A stretch of 55,178 nucleotides of DNA from Deltaproteobacteria bacterium (GTDB lineage: Bacteria > Desulfobacterota > Desulfobaccia > Desulfobaccales > 0-14-0-80-60-11). The notes beneath the pieces were generated by a model. That model searched no databases. It saw nothing but the letters and a program-made list of their open reading frames with translations, and had not been told where the DNA came from. The stretch is from the NCBI GenBank assembly GCA_016874915.1, contig VGSW01000003.1, positions 1-55,178 on the forward strand, read 5' to 3'. Shown one piece after another: positions 50,211 through 55,178 of the stretch (within the stretch, counting starts at the first letter, position 1; each line of letters begins with the position of its first letter). A program made the translations under genes and the position numbers.

Positions 50211-50486
50211 ATGGCTGATTCGGATGGCTCTACGGTCCAGGTTTTAGCCAAACCCGCCCCTTCCCCCGAAGAGCTCCTTCTGGGAGGAGCTAAAAAGGAG
50301 AAGGAGCGACGCCTGGGCCAGTGGCATGCCACGGCCATTTGCGGCAACGACATCACCTCCTCCTGCCTTTACGTTTCCGGCATCGCCATTGTTTATGCCC
50401 ATGCCCTGGCCCCCCTGGCCTTGCTGCTGGCGGCCGGGGTGCTCTATCTCTACTGTTTTCTGTTTTCCGTTTTCTGTTTTCTGTAA
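50211..50486 (+). pseudogene. N-terminal fragment of an APC amino-acid permease
   Basis: LGQWHATAICGNDITSSCLYVSG; ends in a CTGTTTT heptamer array (50453-50483). Confidence 0.75.
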
Positions 50487-50509
50487 TGCTTTAACCTGGG
50501 AGAAAATCC

Positions 50510-51217
50510 ATGCACGAACACGCCTCGGCCCGGCGGGCCATTGACACCATGATCCGGAGCGGCGACCTGGAAGGCCTGCTCCGGGAAGCGGAAGCCCTCC
50601 ATGGGCACCGCTGCCCCATGCTGGCCCTGGGGGTCAAGGCCGGCCAGTACGCCCTGACCCAGCTCTTCCCGGAAGGGGAAGTGCACGGGGTAACGGCCAT
50701 CATCGAGGCCCTCAACTGCTTTGCTGACGGCATCCAGGTGGTCACCGGCTGCACCCTGGGAAACGGCGGCCTCATGGTCAAGGACCTGGGCAAGACCGCG
50801 GTGACCGTGGCCCGGCCTGACGGCGCGGCCCTGCGCCTGCTGGTGCGCCCCGATTTCCGGGAGCGCCTCTTTTTCAAGTATCCCACGGTTCGCCCGCTGT
50901 TTGAAAAAGTGGTACTCCAGGGGACCGCGGACCATGAAGAGCGGCACCGCTTCGAACACATGTGGTCCGCCATGGCCCGCCGGGAGCTTGATACCCCCCT
51001 GGAGGAGCAGTTTCTCATTAAAAGCCTGAAGATCAAGGCGCCCCATGCCCATGGCCGCCCCTCCGGGGTGGTGTGCAGCCAGTGCGGCGAAGGGGTGGCG
51101 GAGTCTCGTATCCGGGTTAAGGACGGCCAGCCCTTCTGCCTGGCCTGCGCCGGAGAGAGTTTTTTTCTCCTTACCGGCGAGGGAATAACCAGCGCCCCGG
51201 GCATGGAGCTGGTATGA
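50510..51217 (+). CDS. FmdE-family protein with a C-terminal C4 zinc finger
   Basis: HGHRCPMLALG, CFADGIQVVTGCTLGNG, DLGK, CSQCGE...CLAC. Confidence 0.9.
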   Translation: MHEHASARRAIDTMIRSGDLEGLLREAEALHGHRCPMLALGVKAGQYALTQLFPEGEVHGVTAIIEALNCFADGIQVVTGCTLGNGGLMVKDLGKTAVTVARPDGAALRLLVRPDFRERLFFKYPTVRPLFEKVVLQGTADHEERHRFEHMWSAMARRELDTPLEEQFLIKSLKIKAPHAHGRPSGVVCSQCGEGVAESRIRVKDGQPFCLACAGESFFLLTGEGITSAPGMELV

Positions 51218-51687
51218 TTTTTTCTGCTTTAAGGCTTTTCCTGGCCGGACTGGCCGGAGGCCTGGCCTTGAACCTGCTGATGTTGTTTACTTTTAGGCTG
51301 CTGGGATTCGGCTGGCAGGGTGGCGGGGTTCTGCTCAATCCCTCCCTGCAAAGCCCCAAGCTCATTGCGGTGTGGACCCAACTGGAGCCGCTGCCCCTGG
51401 TGGTGTCCCAGCCGGCGCCCATTATTATCGGGCTGTTCGGCTTTACCCTGGGCCACGCTTACCTTTACCAATGGCTGGCGCCGGGCTGGCCGGCGGGAAT
51501 TGCGGCCCGGGGCCTGCGGCTGGGAGGGCTGATCTTTTTTCTTTCCTTTCTCTTCTGGGAATTTTTCACTCCCTTTAATCAATTCGGGGAGCCGCTGCTG
51601 CTCATCGGGCTACAGTTGATCTTTTGGGCGGTAATAGCCGCGGGAGAAGGCCTGGCCATCGCCGCGGTGATGGAAAAAGTTAAATAA
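51214..51687 (+). CDS. Hypothetical membrane protein
   Basis: Four TM segments, QSPKLIAVWT..EPLP, WEFFTPFNQFGEP; start overlaps the fmdE stop. Confidence 0.75.
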   Translation: MIFSALRLFLAGLAGGLALNLLMLFTFRLLGFGWQGGGVLLNPSLQSPKLIAVWTQLEPLPLVVSQPAPIIIGLFGFTLGHAYLYQWLAPGWPAGIAARGLRLGGLIFFLSFLFWEFFTPFNQFGEPLLLIGLQLIFWAVIAAGEGLAIAAVMEKVK

Positions 51688-51720
51688 TTAATCGTGGGAT
51701 TACTATATAAGGAGAACTGA

Positions 51721-52332
51721 ATGTTTCCACACCAAGTGTTGCTGGTCTGGCCGCGGGGACTGCGGCGCGTATGGCTTTTGGGCCTCTCTCTGGTTTTGTT
51801 GCTCTCGGCCCCGGCCCTGGCCGCGGAGTTCAGCGCGGTGATCTTCGAGCGCTTCCAGGGCAAGGAAGCCCAGAGCAAGACTTATATCAAAGGGGATAAA
51901 GTTTATCGGGAATTTCCCACGGGCGACGGCAAGACTATCGTCATCCTGCGGCCGGACAAGAAGGTCATCTGGATGGTCATGCCGGACCGAAAGATGTACA
52001 TGGAGATGCCTTACACGGATGAGATGGTGAAAGACCTGAAAGTCGCCGCCAAGGACGTGGCCACCGAGAAGCACCTGGGCACGGAAACGGTGAACGGCTA
52101 CCTCACGGACAAGTATGAAACTTCCGTAAAAGACAACGGCGGACAAATGAAACATTTAATGTGGGTGTCTAAGAAACTGGGGATGCCCATCAAGATGGTC
52201 AGCCCCGACGGTTCCTTTTTCCTGGAGTACCGGGACATCAAGGAAGGCGGGGTGCCGGACAGGGTGTTTGAGCCCCCGGCGGGCTTTGAGAAAATGGCCA
52301 TGCCCGGGGGTATGATGCCCCCATTGAAATAA
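51721..52332 (+). CDS. Exported DUF4412-like protein
   Basis: Signal peptide, AEFSA, I.RPDKK, YMEM, GTETVNGY..KY, FEPPAGF. Confidence 0.8.
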   Translation: MFPHQVLLVWPRGLRRVWLLGLSLVLLLSAPALAAEFSAVIFERFQGKEAQSKTYIKGDKVYREFPTGDGKTIVILRPDKKVIWMVMPDRKMYMEMPYTDEMVKDLKVAAKDVATEKHLGTETVNGYLTDKYETSVKDNGGQMKHLMWVSKKLGMPIKMVSPDGSFFLEYRDIKEGGVPDRVFEPPAGFEKMAMPGGMMPPLK

Positions 52333-52399
52333 GGGCCGGTATTTAGGGAAGGAGTCGCCCGATTCGGCGCCGGTCCAGCCTGCAATTCGGGAGGTGCTT

Positions 52400-52999
52400 A
52401 TGCTGCCCAAACTCAAAAAGCCGGGATGGCTGTTGCTGCCACTGCTGCTAATGCTATCCGGGAGCGCTGCGGCCGCGGAGTTCACCGCCCAGATGATCAT
52501 CCAGGACGGCGATAAGACCATGCCGGCGAAGATCTTCGTCCAAAACGGCAAGATGCGCCAGGAGTTTATGGACGCCGAGGGACGGACCGTCACCATCGTC
52601 CGTCCGGACAAAAAAGCCGTTTATGTGGTCATGCCCCTGGACCGGACTTACATGGAGATGCCTTTGCGGGCCAAATTGCCCGGGCAGTTCATTCAGATTC
52701 CCCCCGACGCGGTCACTAAGCGCCTGGTGGGGACGGAAACCGTGAACGGATACGTGGCCGAAAAGTATGAAGTCACGGTCCGAGGCGGTGAAGCGGGAGT
52801 GACCCGCCAGACCGTCTGGGTTTCCCAAAAGTTGGGGGTGCCCATAAAAATGGTCTGCAAGGACCGGAACCTTTGCGTAGAATACAAGAACATCAAGGAA
52901 GGTGGGATCACCGCGCTCCTCTTCGACCCCCCCAAAGGTTACCAAAAAACCCCCACGCCCCTGGGGTTTACCACTACCCTGAAAGAGGAAATTGAGTGA
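52400..52999 (+). CDS. Exported DUF4412-like protein (tandem paralog)
   Basis: AEFTA, IVRPDKK, YMEM, GTETVNGY..KY, FDPPKGY. Confidence 0.8.
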   Translation: MLPKLKKPGWLLLPLLLMLSGSAAAAEFTAQMIIQDGDKTMPAKIFVQNGKMRQEFMDAEGRTVTIVRPDKKAVYVVMPLDRTYMEMPLRAKLPGQFIQIPPDAVTKRLVGTETVNGYVAEKYEVTVRGGEAGVTRQTVWVSQKLGVPIKMVCKDRNLCVEYKNIKEGGITALLFDPPKGYQKTPTPLGFTTTLKEEIE

Positions 53000-53325
53000 A
53001 AGACCGGGGGAAGGGGCTGGGAGTAAAACCGGCGTCCGGTCCGGGTGAACCAGCCCCTCTCCCCCGCTTTGTTTATTTCTTTACCCCACAGCACTATGGC
53101 CCAGAAGCAGGAATGGAAGATTTCAATTTAACTTCGATAAAATTTTTGGCATAATATTTACGTAGAAGGCGTTCCTCAGTCTTTTCCTGGCCTGATCCAC
53201 GGTTAGCGCGTTAAACCGGTTATAAGTTGCCGGAAATCTTCTTAATTTATACTGGCGGCATCGGTTTTTTTCCCACCGGCCCAAGAAACCTTCAGCTTAA
53301 CCCCCAGCCATTTTAGGAGCCAGCC

Positions 53326-54961
53326 ATGCATAGAATGAAGTCGTTTTTTAGTTTGTTAATGGCTTGCTGTCTGGGCCTGACCCTGCAACTGGCCGGTCCG
53401 GGACCGGCTGGGGCTGGCATGGAAGACGCGGCCATCTTTTATGTATGACGAATTGGCCAAGCACGGCGAGTGGATTGACTTTGAAGACTACGGGCCGGTG
53501 TGGCGGCCCTCCGGAGTCACGGAGAACTGGCGCCCTTATCTGGACGGCCGCTGGGCGCCCACGGACCAGGGGTACGTGTTTGAGACCAAGGAGCCTTGGG
53601 GGGTGGGCCACTTACCACTTCGGCAACTGGATGCCCACGGACGCCTTGGGATGGGTCTGGGTGCCGGGCCATACCTGGTATCCCAACACCGTGGAGTGGC
53701 GGACTAGCAAAGACTACGTGGGCTGGGCACCCATACCCCCGCCCAATTACACGCCGCCTCCGGGTTACAAGCCCGAGGGCTATTCCCCCCGAAAGCCCGT
53801 GGCAGAGCAATTGGCGCCCCCGGCCTATCTCTTTGCCAGTTCGGACAAGTTCCTTCAGGGTTTGGGGCAGCCTTACAATCCCAGCATTCTTATCTGAACA
53901 GCGGCGCCATGGCGCCCCCCACTTACGTGCCGGTGCTCTATCCCGTCACCCAACCGGTGCCCGCCTATGCCGCGCCCACTTACTACCCCGGCCTTCTGGG
54001 TCTGGCGGCGGGGATCGGCTTGGCTTATGCCCTGGGTCCGCCGGTATCTTATGTCTCCTCGGTTTCAGGAGTTCCCGCGGTGACCATTAATAACACCATC
54101 AGCGGCAATTCCATCAATTTTGGCAACATTAACGGGGTGTTGCCCCCGGCCCCGGTGGTAAATCAGCCCAACCTCCAGCCGGTGCTGCCCCCGAACTTGG
54201 TCCAACAGCAACCCTTTCCCAACCCGCAGCTTCTTCCCGCGGTCCAGCCGCCCAATCTGGCCAACCCCAATGTTGCGCCCCTTGCTCCCATGCAGCCTTT
54301 GTCGGCTAAAATTCCCAAGGCCCCTGCGGTGGCGCCTCTTTCTCCTGCCAAAGGCGTTGTAGCCGCCGCGCTGCCGGCTTCGGCCATCAAGCCTCTGAGC
54401 CCGGCCATGCAGAAGCAGATCAACAAGCTTCCCGCCAGCAAGCAGATCAAGCCGGTGGCGCCTCTGGCCAAGGCCCCGGCCGCTCCGCTCAAGCCGGCGG
54501 CACCCATACAGCCGGCAGTAAAGGCGCCAGCGAAGCCGCCGGCCCCGCCCAAAGCCCCCGTGGTGAAGCCGCCTGCGCCCCCCAAGCCCCCGGCCCCACC
54601 CCCGGCGCCCCCCAAGCCCCTGGCGCCGCCCAAGGCGCCCTTGAAAGCCCCGGCCAAGGCGCCGCCGGAGCCCTCCAAGCCGGCCCTGAAGGCCCCCCCT
54701 GCCAAGGCCCAGGAATTGCAGGAAAAGCGGGAGAAGCTCCTTCAAGAGCGCCAGCAGCAGCTCCAAGAACGCAAACAACAGCTTCAGGAGCGCAAACAGC
54801 AGCTCCAGGAACGCAAACAGCAGCAGTTGAAGGAACGCCAGGAAAAGGCTAAAGGGGCCAAGGCGCCCCAAGCCAAAGCCAAACCCCAGCCCAAAGGCCC
54901 CAAGCCCAAGCCTAAAGGCCCGGTAAAGAAAGGCGGCCCCGAGCCCCACCTCAAGAAGTAG
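53326..54961 (+). pseudogene. Exported DUF6600-like protein with Pro/Ala/Lys-rich tail and QERKQQL repeats; three frameshifts
   Basis: AGGAG RBS and signal peptide; FYDELAKHGEW, WRPY..GRW, PWGWATYHFGNW, GWVWVPG, GWAP spread over four reading segments. Confidence 0.75.
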
Positions 54962-55178
54962 CAAATTGAGGGGTAAATCGGTGGGGGGAAAATTTAACCG
55001 GAAAGGACCCCAAGGCCACAAAAAAACATTAATTGGCGTGCTGGCGGGTCCGGTAATGACCCTTTAATGGTTGATAAATAATTTCGTAGACATTAATTCT
55101 CGCAGCGACCAGACATGACCTGACAAGCCGGCCGCCATGGCTGGTGTTCTGGATTGCCACCTTCTTGGGGTACTGTTG

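Noticed and set aside
53146-53162. TTGGCATAATATTTACG as a sigma54 promoter
   Set aside because: The -12 element reads AC instead of GC.

Overview
GC-rich (about 60% by eye) bacterial chromosomal segment. Gene content and intergenic repeat style suggest an anaerobic deltaproteobacterium (Desulfobacca/Syntrophobacterales-like); this is an inference. 1-9.1 kb: sensor kinase, response regulator, tilS, a sigma54-driven Lys-rich exported protein, an aminotransferase, tRNA-Pro(GGG), hypA and a Rieske-FAD oxidoreductase. 9.8-16.3 kb: an atypical chaperone-usher/WxL-like surface-fibre locus with four paralogous secreted beta-subunits, a PapD/DUF916-like chaperone, an outer-membrane barrel with two SdrD-B-like domains, a sigma54 promoter, and a c-di-GMP-I riboswitch on the fourth subunit. 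16.8-20.7 kb: a single-chain 2-oxoacid:ferredoxin oxidoreductase. About 21-47.8 kb: a decayed, integrase-less copper/silver island bounded by gene debris, including a phage terminase remnant. It carries a P1B ATPase, a YHS-TrxR fusion lacking CxxC, a P2-type ATPase, cusCBA, a cytochrome c / Cyc2-like cytochrome-porin / DUF2231-cytochrome c trio, a pair of related atypical kinase proteins and several small His/Met-rich exported proteins. 47.8-55 kb: MFS exporter, FmdE, tandem DUF4412-like genes and several frameshifted or truncated genes. All product calls come from motif recognition by eye; no database searches were run.
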